NCBI GenBank assembly: GCA_964019335.1
Contig: OZ025656.1
Location: forward strand, 783,692-847,691
Direction: 5' to 3'
Source of the DNA: Diplonema japonicum
Taxonomy: Eukaryota > Protista > Euglenozoa: Diplonemea
Length of the DNA stretch: 64,000 bases
Within the stretch, counting starts at the first letter, position 1, and every line of letters begins with the position of its first letter. A model generated the notes under the pieces. That model made no database searches and was not told the origin of the DNA. It worked only from the letters and a program-made list of their open reading frames with translations. The position numbers and the translations under genes are program-made. This document shows, piece by piece, positions 38,101 to 51,608 of this stretch.

Positions 38101-41100
38101 AGAGATCCTGCTTGACGACGGCACCGACCCCCTTCTCGAGGCAATATTGGATGGCCATGATGCTGCTTCAACACTTCTGAAACATCTGCCTGCGAGGGTT
38201 AACCCTACCAGGCCAGGTCAGATACCGCCCCTTCACGTCGCTGCATCGAGGGGTCTTGTGAAGATCGCGAAGGCACTGATCGGTGTCAATGCTGACATCA
38301 ATGCATTGTGGCAAGGGAACAACTGCTTGTGGGCTACATTGGAATCGGCTCCTGCGAGGCTCTTGTCACCGCTTACGAGAGGGAATAAAAGAAAGTACAT
38401 TGAGATTGGACGGAAGACACAGAAGAGGGTGATTGAGTTTGAGGAGCTTGCGACATTCTTCTGCGGCCGCAACATTAACCTCCACAGCGAGGGCAGTGAC
38501 ATGCCACACCCTTTGGACTACGTGGACCTTGCCGCTTCGAAGGGTTATTGGAGCGTGGTGGACTCGCTCATCGAGCTTATTAAAAAGACTCACGCAACAT
38601 CAGTTCTGGATAGAACGCCACCATTCGGCGATATGGATGTCTCGCTGGAGCACACGGATGAAGCATCTGTTCCACCATTTGAGGCCGAGAGGAGGGACGT
38701 GTTCTCCTATGCTGCCGCAAGTGGCCAGGTAGACATCGTCCGAAGGTTGGCCATCGGGTGGGGAATGAGGCCGTCTCCCGGTAGAGATGCTAGTTTCTCG
38801 AAGCGCAATGCTCTCGATTTTGCTTTTGAGGGTAGTTCCACAGAGTTGTGCTTGATGCTGCTGTCAAGGGGATTGTTACCTACTCGTGTCGTCGAGGCAG
38901 CACACAAAGAGGTCAAGAACCTGTACTCTCTGGTGGGGCAGGTCGCAGGCAAGATTCCCAAGCTCCCCGTAAACATCCTGGAGTACTCAGTTCCAGGGAG
39001 TGCGACAACGAAGGGTAGGGTGCAGGTGTTGCAGGGAGATGTTTGGTGTACGGGTTCTGTTGTAGAACGAACTGATGAGGGCGAGCTGCGAATTGAGCTT
39101 GACAGCAGTCGAGAGATTATGGTCAACCCGGAGGCAGTGGACGTGCTGACGGACACAGGCCACACGCTGCTGCACGAGTTCGTTGCACAGGGTGCCTTGG
39201 CTCATCTGAGGCAGCTAATAGAATACACGGCATCCAGCCAGGAGAAGTCATTTAGGTTCAATGCCATGACAAGTGCAACAACTTCCGGTTCCCTCCTATA
39301 CAAGGCTGTGGTGTGCAAACAGGAGGAGATCTTCGATGCATTGATTGATGACTACAAGATGAAGGCTGTCACCCATCACGGCCGTTCTCCCCTTCTCGCC
39401 GCCATTATGCACGGCAGTTTATTGGTATGCTTGAACACTCATTAGTATGGTCGGGAAAAGTACTCTTCAAACCTGCTGGTTGGAGCCATTGAAGGGTGCC
39501 TCTCGCCTGAAGAGGACAGCGCCTAAAAATCGAGATATGTCCGAAACTGAGAGATACCTAGTACCGGCCATACTACTCCCCTTGTTAGGCAGCTTTGGTC
39601 TCAGGGAGCTTGCATGTTAATTTGAATTAATAACTTCAATACAGATGGTCCAGAAACTTGTCGTTAGTGCACAAGCTGATGTGAGTGAGTACGGTACTGT
39701 CACAACAGAGGCACTCTACAAGAGCTCTAAGCTTGTTGGTCAAATTGTTTCACCCCTGTACCTCGCAGCAGCTTTGGGTGAGTGTGACATTGCTGCTTTC
39801 CTTATCCCAAGACAGGGCCAGGCTGTATTGGGGAGAATGTATGCTGGAACGGTGGAATCGCCTCTCCACGTCTGTCTCACAAGGGCAGTGCCAAGTGTAC
39901 ACACTCAGTCGGGTTCCTATGCTTACGCATCCAAGAAGCAGGTCATAAAGTGCGCTGCTACGCAGAAAATAGTTGGCATGCTGCTGCGTGTCAACAATGA
40001 TATTAATGAGGTGTGTATTTCGTTCTGCTTTATGCACGTACCTTAGGTATCGCTGTCCGTAGCAGAGGAAGCACCCACGCATATTCTGAACCTTGCAGCG
40101 GCGAAGGGCTACTTTCACGTATGCAACCCGTGGCCACTGACTCCTTACAGATTGTCCATGACTTGGTCGAAAAGGGTGCTGACACAAGGGCGGCTGTCGC
40201 CTCCGTTTGCGAAGAGTATGTTCTCTATCTTTTATATTGCCAATTAGATCTGAGGTTGTCTACAGCTCGCGGCATGTGCTGCACTATTTGGCAGCAGCTG
40301 GCGAAGTGGCTTTGCTTCAGAAGTGTGTCGGTGATGAGATTTGTGTTGGCACTCCTGATCTGGTGTGTTTTTCTCGTCTTTCTCACACATAACAGCTTCT
40401 TCCACCCCTTGGAAACTATGAGGGAATGTTCAGAAACATAAACAAAGAGGTCAAGAACTTGGGGACAACCGCGGATGCTGCATTGGTTGCGCAGAAGCCT
40501 GCGGCTCTTGCTTTCCTTTTATCAAGGGGGGTTCGTGTGTCGATCATGAGCTGTAGAACAGCACCGAAGATGCTCCCCTTGTCCCGTAACACATTTGTGA
40601 AAACGAAGTTCTCTCTCACAACCACCAAAGACAAAGCTCCATCAGCTCTTTACGGGTACCCCACTGAAGGCAGCCTGACGAGCCAACTCATATGCCTCAC
40701 CGGTGATGTGGAAAGGCCCTCTTCCAGGTCCCTTGATTTCAACTACCTCCACGCCGCATGTTGCCGTCCCGGTGCCATCGATGCGGCATGCTTGCTTCTC
40801 GAAAGTGGCTTCGATACAAACCAGACGGTATCTGCACCCTTCATAGGTGAGGTGTCACCGTTATGGTTGTGTGCTGCATTCAACAACCAACGCCTGCTGA
40901 CAGTGTTCTTAGAAACAGCATCACTGAGGACGCAGAACGGTAAGTCGCCTCTTCCCTATGCAGTGATGAATGGCAACAAGAGACTTGTACAGGACTTGGT
41001 CGAAAGGGGCGTTGAGATCAATGCTTGTGAGACGTTTTGGTACCAGCCTGCAAACTGGCACACACAGTTTTGGGGGCTTAGAGACGCAGCTAATACCAAC

Positions 41101-44100
41101 AGAACACAAGTGGCGTACGGCACCAGTTCTATGCTGACTGATGCCACGGCCATCTTTTTAGCATGCAACGCAGGTTGGGAAGACACAGTGAAGCTTTTCC
41201 ATGTTAATGGCGGTGACTTCCAGGATGCCTCCAGCATGGTACGGAAGAAGGTGTTCCCAACATATGCCACATACCACAAGAAGCTCATGTCGAAGCTCAA
41301 GAAGGCTGAAAGCGATGATGAGCAGGAGGATGACGCCGAGTCAGTTGAGAAGCCTCCTAAGTTCTTCAAGCGCATGCACAACGACATTGCAAGAAGGAGG
41401 GAACATGCTCTGAAGCTCTTTGAATTCGAAGATGAAGAAGATGATGCGGAAACGGTGCCTGCTTTGGCTCTGCGTGCAACATACGGGTCTTTGTACACAG
41501 CTTACAAGCTATTGACCATAGACGGGCCCATCACTTCAGAGAAGGTAGAGGAAGCATGCCAAACGGCAGGTCTTAGCACTGAGGCGGCTGGGAGCATCGT
41601 CTCAGGCATCAGCCCTGGGATGTCTTTCAAGGAATTCAAGCAGTTATTCGGCAAGACCGTCCGGTGCGGCAGTGGTCCTTGTGCTGTGAGTTTCGATCCT
41701 GAGCATGCAACAAATGTTCGGCCAATCTGGGGGGTATGCTCCACTGCCTCAAATGATTCACTTTCACAGGTCGTAAATGGAGCACCTACTCATCCTTGCA
41801 AGGTAAAGTTTGAGCAGAAGCTTCGTGAGAGATGCGAGCGGTATGTGGCTTTCGTTTGACCATTCACTTTAAGGTACATACGGATAGGGAGATTCGTCAT
41901 CCAACAGAATGGGCTGAAAGGGCTCTCGAACGATGAGCTTACTGCACTTGTCTTAGTTGCGTGTCATAAAGGTCATTGGGAGCTTGCAGCCAAGATCCTG
42001 CAAGAGGGAAGCCGTACAAGTAGGGACGCCCATTTCTTGACTGAAGTCAGCGACGACGATGTTGCCTCGTTTGCTTTTGTGAAATACAGGCACCCTATTC
42101 ACATCGCGGCTCGCTTCTTGGAGAAAGAGATTTTTTATCTCTTCTTGAAGAGGACAAAAAAGCAGGATGTTTCTAACCTGCGTGACCCCCTCGGAAACAC
42201 AGCATTGCACAATGCAATAGTAGCGGGGAACACAGCAGCTGTAGATGTGCTCTTAGAGCTGGGTTCTTTCCCTTCCCCAACAGCAGGAGGAGGTGTGCGT
42301 TGCTTCCACAAGGTGTATCGCGGAAAGATCTCCAGGGACATACGAAGGACCCCTGGGGGAGTAACGTCACTAATGCTGGCTGCACGCATGAATCACGTGC
42401 AGATTGTGACGCAACTTCTAAAGGCAGGTGCACATCCAGATGACGTTGATGACAACGGGAACACGGCGCTCATGCACGCTTGCGAAATGGGTAATGTGGG
42501 TGTCGTAGAGGCACTAGTCAGCAGCAGTGCTGCGGTAGATGTACTGAATAACCTGCACTTCAGTGCCCTGATGAGAGCCTGTGTCAGGGGCCACACAGAA
42601 GTTGCCGTTCCCCTTCTGCAGTACTGGACAAGGCATGACGGCCTGACATCTACTACCACTTCAGTGCTTCACTGCGCTGTCGAGGGCGGGTGCAGTGGGG
42701 TGATCGATCTGCTGATGAATGATTTCGACCTGCGGACCATTAATGTATGTTGCCCAAAAACACTTAGTTTCTCACAGGCGCTTGAGAAGGATGCACATGT
42801 GGGATCAAATAACAGCTCATCTTTATGGATAGCATGGGCATTGGGCAAGTGGCAAATTAAAGCAAAGCTGCTTGAGCACCTCCAGCGAAGGGAGAAGGAT
42901 GGTACGCCTGAGGACCCACAGGGATTGGCTGACAAGATCCTCCTGGCGCAGTTAGGCAAGAGAGAAGAGGTGACCGAGGAAGTAGAGGACAAATTCATAC
43001 CGGTATGCTGCTCCATATCAAGGATACCACTGCAGGGATGGCTGTCACACGCAGCAAGTATGGCAGCACGTATTCACGCAAAGCTGTCAAGTTCCAAGGG
43101 GGCGCAGTCATTCCCGACGGACCTTGTCTACTCACCTACGATACCACCGCTTAGAGTATGCTGCGAAACACTAACTTATTGTTCACAGGATTCACTGCGT
43201 TCTGGGTGTACAATCCCCCGCACGAAGAGCAACAGAGATGTCGGCGGTGCGATGGTCGATTCTGCCAGACTCGAAACCTTCGGTGCTGCTGGTGCAACGG
43301 ATCACGAAAGACGAGAGAGAGTGCAGAAATGGTCACTGTTAGAATGGGCAACGAGGGCAAACAATGCTGTTGTTGTTAAGGTTCTCGGTGACCACTGCCT
43401 GCCTGACCACTGCTGCGCTATCCACATTGCGGCCGAACGAGGTAATTTGGATATCGTGCAGATTCTCCTGCAGCTGCAGATGTCTGCCGTTTCTTCACAG
43501 AATGATAAGTCAGAGACGCCGTTGATGAGGGCCATCATGTTGCGTAAGGAGAAGGTCGCTTTGTTCTTAATGTCGAAGACGCCTGCAAGGAGACTACTAA
43601 AGTTGACGGATGACGGGAAGTCGCTTCTGCATTTATGCGCCATCAGTGGCATGGAAGATGCAGTTGCTCACATGATTGGGTGTCTCGTCCAGCTGGAACG
43701 CAGGCTTAAAGGTGAAGAGAATATCAACCTTCATGACTTCATCAGCATACCAGACAGGCACATCAACTTCGTTGACTATGACTCAGAGGACGAAGGCGAG
43801 CCAAACAAGTACGAAGGAGAGGCGCCAACCACAGGCTTCACACCCTTTGAGTACTCACTCATGTTTGGTCACCCTGCTATAGCGCTGCGTCTGGCCTATG
43901 GTTCGACACTGTCGTCTGTTGCACGCCGCGGAACACCTTCCATCTCACTGAACCCAAGGTTCCCAGGCACCGCAGGATACAATCTGCCAATTATGTCTGC
44001 GGGTATCAGGTCCATGCTGAGCGAGTTCTTTAACGATCCCAGCAGGGGATACGAACATGGTCCCGCCACGATCAGGGGTGATTATGTAAGGCACCCTACG

Positions 44101-47100
44101 AACTGGTGTCAAGACGAGGACGACAAGTGGCCGAAGGAGTCTTCGCACACTATTTTCAACCGCCTGACATGGCCGGATGTGCGCGCCATCGGGATAGCTG
44201 CTCTTGCGAGAATTCCATGGGTTAGCGAAAAGCTGGGTGAGATCCTAACTTTTGAACACGAACGGAACAGGTACTCGTCACTGCTGTCGTGCCTCGACCT
44301 GCATAACAGGGCTTTTCGTCTCAACACTGCGTCTCTGTCGGATCTTAGTCCTGCGGACCGCGTCACTGTACTCCAGCATCTTGCTTCCACATTAATTATT
44401 CACCGTTACACGGCAAGGGACCACGATTGGACGAGCGCGACTGGTGGCGTGAAGGAGTGTAATGTGTTGGGTGTCGACAAGCGCAAGAGAAAGGCAGAGA
44501 AGAACAGCCGCGTTGCAGAGGCGGCTGACGGGTTGGCAGGTCAGATATCATGTGTTCAGTTAGAGCTTGTAAAAGAAAAGAGCCAAGTGCGTGTGATTAT
44601 CGACTCCGAAGGCATCGTGCACGAGAGGTTCATGTTCAGCAATGGTTATATTGTGTGCGGCGATCTAGATGAAGCAATGGAAACACACTTCAGACGCAAG
44701 GAGCGCGTTGCAAAGACAGAGACTGACACAGTCCTGAAGGAGGTAACGCACTGGATGCATAAATCCCCCAACCCTCTCATTAACAAGTTCCACGTCGCTG
44801 TGGACTGGAGGGCTGTGGACAAATATCGCTTCGATACGCCATATGACCGTATCAAGTCCTTTGAGGTCCTCGCTTCAAGGAGAGGTGTTTGGTCGCTTGT
44901 GCACGCATTGGATGGCATGGCTTCTGTGAAGTCCGAATCAAAGAGGTCAGCGGTAGTACCTTTCTCCGGGATTGTCTTCAGACGTGCAGCATGGAGCGAG
45001 GGACAGTTCTTCATTACGGAGGAAGCTAGCGATGACGCAAAGCGTTCTTCTGAGCTAGTCATTTTCTACGACGTGCGCGGGGGAGATGCCCACTTCTCCA
45101 ACTTGTCTAAGTCTTTAGGGCCGCTGTTCGTGCACAATGAGTTCGAGATTCTACGTCGTACTCTTGCAAGTGAGGTAGCGGCCATGAAGGGTGCCCTGTT
45201 GCCAAGCCTGCCAGAGGTCAAGTGCAAGATTGAGTTAGAAGGTTCATGGAAGATACCTGTAGGGGGTGCTGACGCAGTACACTATAGTATCATGACATTG
45301 CTCGAAGACATTGGAAACAAGGTCAAGTCCATGATCGGCACAACACCTGAAGCGCCTAAGACTCCTAGCGACACTAAGTGGACCGATCTCTCTTCGAAGC
45401 CTGTTGCTGATGTTACTCTAGTCAGCCTACTGCAAACAGCGCTTCGCCACCATGTGAGGAGCATTGGCATCCTCATCAGTCCTAGAAGAGAACCGACAGT
45501 TAAGTTAGTGGCCACCTCGAAAACGGTGATTGTCTGTGTTAAAGCAAGCCCTTCCGTCGTCATGCTCACTTCAGAGGAGCAGTTGTCGAACGCACTGTAC
45601 CATCACGTGATAGAGGTTGAGTCCTCACGGCTCCAGGAGCAGATGAAGACCACCCTGACAGATGCCCAGCACAGGCTGATGACATATCTCCCTACAACTG
45701 CACTATCAGTAAATTGGCGTTCCTTCGATGAGCTTGAAGGGGAGGCGCGTTTCGTCGCAATTGGCGCGTTCTGTCACGGACGGGGCGCTAAGGTTCTGCA
45801 GCCCTTGATCTCGGGTATGAGTGTGGGTTGGGATTCGAAGTTAGGTGGCTTCGTGAGGAAGTACGTGAAACAGATAGTTATCCACTGCACCAGGGGGTGG
45901 CAGTCATACACCACCTTTGATGAGTGTGGCACGTTCAATCTGCACGTGGCCTTCCTTGCAGGGTCCACAGGGTGCTTGTCGATGATGTCTGCACAGGAGG
46001 TAGCCACTGACGTCATCATACATCTAGAGCAGCTTGACGAGCTGCGGCCTACCTTCGAAGAGTCCATCGACAGGTCGCGTACGGTGGTCCCCAGCACTGC
46101 ACCGCGCATAACTGACTACGTCGACACAACAAATGCTTTCCCTTGCTGGTGCGAGAGTCATGGGAAGAACCTAAGGGAGGCTGAATCAGGCCATGAGAGC
46201 ACGTTCACTATTTACGCGCGGAACATATTAAACTGCAAGTGTGGGAAGCCAGTGGCACCAGAGCCCTTCACGGTTCGTATCACCACCACCGAGGGTGAAG
46301 AGGTCGACGTCGAAGTAGCCGTTAAGCCTCCTGGAAAGCAGGGCGACAGCTCTCTGTACAAGGTCACCTACACAGCGCCTTCTACGGTTGGCTGGTACCT
46401 AATCCACGCAACACTCAACGGCGTGCCTATTGCGAGATCTCCGTACAGGCTTCGTGTGAGGCCCGAGTGCAGTGTCGCCCAGTTGGTCCCCGTCCATCCG
46501 GTATGTTTTAGAATTAAATGCTGTACTAATCCTTTTCAGTACTTGAACACTCTCACAACGCGCATGCCTGTCGTTCTTATCTTTAGGGCACTGGACGCTG
46601 CAGGAAACTCCTGTACAAGCATCGGGCAAGGCTTGCAGTATGGTGACAAGGTGACCATCAAGGATGATGTGTCGCGCGTTCAAAGGATCCAGAAGAAGCA
46701 CAACTTGTGGGTGCCTGCTATGGAACAGCTTTGCGGTGAGGAGGTGTTCGTCGTACGCGTCATGCGAGAGTCGGGGAAGGTCGCACTTCAGACAGGTACA
46801 AAAACAGGGACATTGATCTATTCGATGAATTGCATCGAAACAAAGGTATGGTACAAAAGAGTAGTAACCGTAATCAGGGAGTGAGTTTACAAGCGGCAGC
46901 GCAAGGACAAGAGATTGATATAGGGAAAGTGATCGATAATAGGGATGGGTCCTGCAGCGTGAGGGTGGTGCCACAGGAAGAAGGCGAAGTTGAGTTGGCT
47001 GTAACGATGGAAAAGGAGGGTGAGTCCTTCACTTGTACACAGTTGTTCAACGTAATGAGCCACAAGGACGCACTGGTGCATGTCTCCGAACACTGCCTCG

Positions 47101-47820
47101 CTTCTTGGGAGAAGTCTATGCGCAAGATGCAAAAGTACAAATGGGAAAAGGGCGGTTGGAAGGAATGGAAGAAGGACTTTAGACCGTCTGAGGGCCATCA
47201 GATGGGGTACTACCTTGGGAAGCCAAACGAGCCAATGAAGCACAGTGCTGACAGCCTGTGGTTGTCAACTTTGCGAAAGCAGACCAAGACAAAAGGTGAC
47301 GCTACATACAGCGAATGGACAACTTTCCGAAAACAAAAGATGAAGGACAAGGAGGGTGACCATACTATACCAAGATGGTGGATGAAGGGGAAGATAGACA
47401 GGTTGGAGTCGCTACATAGACAAAGTACTAGACTGCCAGAAGTGCAGGAGCTTGTGTTCATGAGGATTGCACTTCAGCCACCGGAGATCCACAGCAGCCT
47501 GCTGCGCAGGGTGAGACGGATAAAGGCAGTGCCTCAGCAAAGGTATCAATGCCCGCAAGTGACGTGCAAGCCTCTTTCGTGTGCCAATACTATGCCGTCG
47601 ACGGACCAGCAAGACAAGAGGCTACAGGAGATCCTTGATAAGAATGGCGGAGGCAAGACGCACACAAATGTGGTGCTCCCGTTGAATGTAGAACCGACAC
47701 GGCAGAGTCATAGCAAAGAGGTATGCGCCACAAGCATGAAGCACAAACGCATAGGAGATGGAAGCACGCCGAAATGACATGCTCGCACTTCAGCCCTTGT
47801 TGAATATCAATAGATCATAG
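35137..47820 (+). CDS. Giant (~4000 aa) ankyrin-repeat protein with PDZ x2, Tudor-like, EF-hand-like, filamin x2 and Mind-bomb (Mib) SH3-type repeat
   Basis: Many G-x-T-P/A-L-H ankyrin repeats; filamin YKVTYTAP..VGWY.IH..LNGVPIARSPY; Mib repeat GDKVTIKDDV.RVQRIQ.KH..W..AME..G. About 16 introns; one junction (39425-39494) is ambiguous. Confidence 0.78.
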
Positions 47821-47945
47821 TATTGTATTTTAGATCGTACACCGCCCTTTGGGATTTAGACTTTTTTTTACTTAAGTAACTACGGCAAACTCAGCTTAGT
47901 GTTTATCCTGAACACCTTGCACGACTACTTAACATCTCATCACAG

Positions 47946-48211
47946 ATGGACAGCAAGATGGATATGGCCGCATGCCCCATGTGCTGGGTGTTGCCTCTAC
48001 TCTTTGTTGTAGCCTTGATTATGTTCTTTATGCAGTCGGGATCCGCTGCAAAAAGGTATGCAGTGCAATTCCCCGCACAACCACACACAGCGAACCGAAA
48101 GGAGAGAGGGTGGATTCGACAAGGGGGAGTGACAACGAGGGCAGCAGGAGTGGCAATGAAGCGTCGCCGTCCATTAAAAGACGTTCTAACAAAGTTAAGA
48201 GGGTTGACTAG
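47946..48211 (+). CDS. Small single-pass membrane protein (~76 aa)
   Basis: cacag-ATG; TM WVLPLLFVVALIMFFM; intron 48056-48090 joins a basic tail ending KVKRVD*. Confidence 0.7.
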
Positions 48212-48359
48212 TTGCCTTGCCTGTTTCTTTCCGTAGTAAGGAGTTTCCCTCATGTAAGTACCCTCCTTATTTCTTGTGTATCTAGCCTCACTTGAGGTAG
48301 TCATAGTGTATCAGTTTTGTCCCTTTTGTGTATCGTGCCACACGCACCGCAGCAATGAC

Positions 48360-50572
48360 ATGACACATGACCGACGACTTGCTTCCATTGAGGACCTGCT
48401 ACATACGCAGCAGACTACAACATCTAACATCTTAGACAGGTTGAAGAATGTGGAGGTTGCAGTGTCGAACAGCAATAGGGCGCAGGCCGGTGCTGATGTT
48501 GTAACACAGCTACAGCGTGACCTTGCTGCAACGAAGCAGAGACTGGAGGTATGAATAGAAGCAAGGAGGTAGTCCCCACAGGTGGTCGAGAGATCTCATA
48601 AGATGGACCTTCAGCGTCTGCAGGACTCATTGTACGCACAGCAGCACAGTAGGAACTTATCTGGACAACAATCAGGGCACGCAACTCTTGAGATTTCCGA
48701 ACTACGCCAGAACATAGCAGAAGTGGTGAAAGACGTACGAAAGGTGGACGAAGCTATCACCAATGAGGCACGCCATGCGAAGCAAACTGGAGATGACCTG
48801 AAATACGTGGTGGTATGTGGTGGTAATGCCAATGAGGCCAAACAGGAAAAGCTGAATTCGCAGTTTACTGGGCAGAAAGAACAGCTAATATCATACAGGA
48901 CGAAGGTATGAATGTTTCTTTCGTCTCGACAAAAAGGAGTCATCACAGATCGAGGGAGTCCTGAAGATGGTGTCAATGGAAGTGAACGAGCGTGAGTCAT
49001 TAGCTTCTTCCATCAAGCACGCTTTTGAAGCATCGCTGCAGGGCCTTGATGAACATAATGTGAAAAGGATTGAGCAAGAGATCAACCAGCGCGTGCAGCT
49101 CACGAATGATGTTGTGATAGCCTTTAAGAAGTTGCGTGATGAAGTAGCTGAAGGGTTTCAGCGTAATTCAGAAGCACAGAAAGACGTTGAGAAGGCGCTA
49201 CGTGCTGTTGAGTCTATCCTCAAAGCTGAGATACGAAGCAGAATGCAGTCATACGAGGCTCAGAAGAAGCAACTTGCTTCGATTGAGCAGAGAACTGCTA
49301 ATGACTCGAGAGTACTAGTCGAAGGCCTCAAGGAGTTGGATCAAACCTTAAACGAAACGCGAAATACCCTGTCTACAGAGTACAAGGTCTCGTTGGAGCA
49401 GCTGGCGGGACGGGTTCATGATATACAGGAAAGTCTGAATATCACAAATGATGTAGTACAAGCACTGCAGGAAGGGTCGCAGTCAGAGGTCAGGGGGGGT
49501 TCCATGTCGGAAGCACAGAAGAGTGTGTTAAAAGCCGAATTGAAGAAAGAGCTGCGTGCTGAGTTTGATTCAAGCAAAAGTAAGCTGAAAACAAGAGATG
49601 TACCGACCGATAGAATTTACGTATGTTTTGAACTAAATTTCATCTATTTGGCAGGAGGTGCAACGAGCCGTAGATGAGACACGCGCGTTGTGTCACACTT
49701 CGGTCGAGGCTCTGGAGAGAGAGATGCGAGAAGCACTCGAATCAGCTGCAGAAGAACGGTTGGACATTGTGTCACAACTGAAGAAGGGTCTGGAATACGA
49801 GAGGCAGCAGTGGGAGACCGTGGTGCGCAGGATTCAGGAGGATGCTGCGAAGAAATCGAAAGGGGACAAAGAAGCCTTCAAGCACTTGCGTTCTGAGATC
49901 AAAAAGCAACAGCGGGGCGACTGCAGCGTCGGTCCCTCTGACCTGCAGGAAGGAGTAGGAGGAGCAGAACTGACGGCACTGACCGACATAGTCAACGAGC
50001 TGGAGATCAAAGTGGCAGCCATGAGTGCAGGTATGATGTAAGATGAAGCTTACTCACTCTCAGATACCGCCGGGGACAAGCTGGAGGAGAAGAAGTATCT
50101 CGGGCTGTTGATGCGTGCTGGTGGAAGCAATGAAACTGCACTCAAAAGGCTGGATGCCGTGGAGTCTAAGGTCGAAGAGGTAATGAAGAAGAGCACAGTC
50201 AGCGGGCCTGCCTTGGAAAAGGAGGACTTGAAGAAGTTTGAAGACCGTTTGAAAGCGGAAGAGCAAGCACGTGAGGAAGGCGACCACTTGCTGAACACAG
50301 CTGTTGATGAGCTCCTGCGTGTGTATGAGACGCAAATGGCATCCGACCACCAGACGCAGATAGATGAGCTTCGAGCCAGTGTGCTAGCAAACACAGCCTC
50401 ACAAGATGAAAAGTACCACGATCTCACAAAGCTGTTTGAAGACCAGGTAAATGGGTGCATGAAGGCCCACTCTGAGCACGAACGGATAAACAGGAAGCAG
50501 GATGACGACATTGCAGGGGTTATGAAGCAGATTGAAGGACACGAGATGCTTTTGAAAGATATTAGTTCTTAG
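48360..50572 (+). CDS. Long coiled-coil (cytoskeletal-type) protein
   Basis: Heptad-rich E/K/Q/L ORFs joined by about 5 GTATG introns. Confidence 0.75.
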
Positions 50573-50622
50573 TTAGTAGAACAATGTGCTGGCCTTTCCT
50601 TGTTTTATTTTATCACAGTGTG

Positions 50623-51554
50623 ATGAATGGGCGGCAAGTAGTAAAATGGGGAGTGAGGAAGAAAATGGCCTACGCTTGTTATGAGGATCAGATGAGGGTA
50701 TGCCCCTATGCCAGCAATATACATGACAGAATAATGTGAAGCCGAAGTCTGCTGCTCCGAAGTTCACTCAGGGTAAGAAAGAGCCTTCTTTTCGGGATCA
50801 GTTTTATGGAAGTGACACAGCGCAGGCATTGCAGTTTATGCAGGCGAAACAAACTCCCCGTCCTGAAGACAGTGGAGTTCAAGAGATTTCACGTTATGAT
50901 GAATACATGTCAGAGGCGTTTGGGGCAGAGAGAAAAGAGAGAGAACGTGTGTTTGAAGGAACGGTGGAGGAACAGGTAGAGTTTGCACGCAAGGTGGAGA
51001 AAGAGTCTAGTAGAATTGGACATGAGGTGATGAATACGACAGTGAAGGACATGGCAGACAAGACAGCGAAGATTAATTTGGAAGAAATGACGACTCGCAT
51101 GCGTCAAGGCATTAACAAAGCTGAATACTTGAAACCTGAGGTTATAGAGCAACACAAGGAAAGGCTAAAGGCAGTCACCCCACCAAATGAAGAAGATATG
51201 CCGGGAAGGTCCAATGCAGAGAAGCGAAGTAATTGGGAGAAAGCAATGTTATCCTGGGAAAAGCAAGATAGAATATTCAGAGACCCTACGGTGCAATACC
51301 AGAAGAAGATGAAGGAGGAAGGTGCACCAATGATGACAGATTGGTCACGGTATGGTAAGGAAAACAACTAGACCACCCACAGAACGGATGAGGCGGCTTT
51401 TGGAGCAGCGAGGGAGGCGTTCATGACTGATTTGTTGAAGCGGCCAGGGTGGACTAAAGAGAATATAGGCCCGATGTACGCGGCTTCTGTCAGTGGCGCA
51501 AAGGTTGGAACGACTTCTACAAAAGATCTGCGAGGGCCTGAATGGCAGTTGTGA
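50623..51554 (+). CDS. Hypothetical protein, possibly mitochondrial
   Basis: tatcacag-tgtg-ATG; basic N-terminus MNGRQVVKWGVRKK; introns 50698-50729 and 51350-51382 restore one frame. Confidence 0.65.
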
Positions 51555-51608
51555 GTTTATTTATTTACTTTCAAGTGTCGTGTTAACAACACTCTAGGTG
51601 GCGGCAGG

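Noticed and set aside
39413-39430. cagtttattgGTATGC resembling the SL exon/intron junction; intron 6572 also starts GTATGAGAAGC like a trypanosome SL intron
   Set aside because: Only ~11-12 nt matches inside protein genes, no full 39-nt SL exon or Sm site; explained by the shared GTATG donor.
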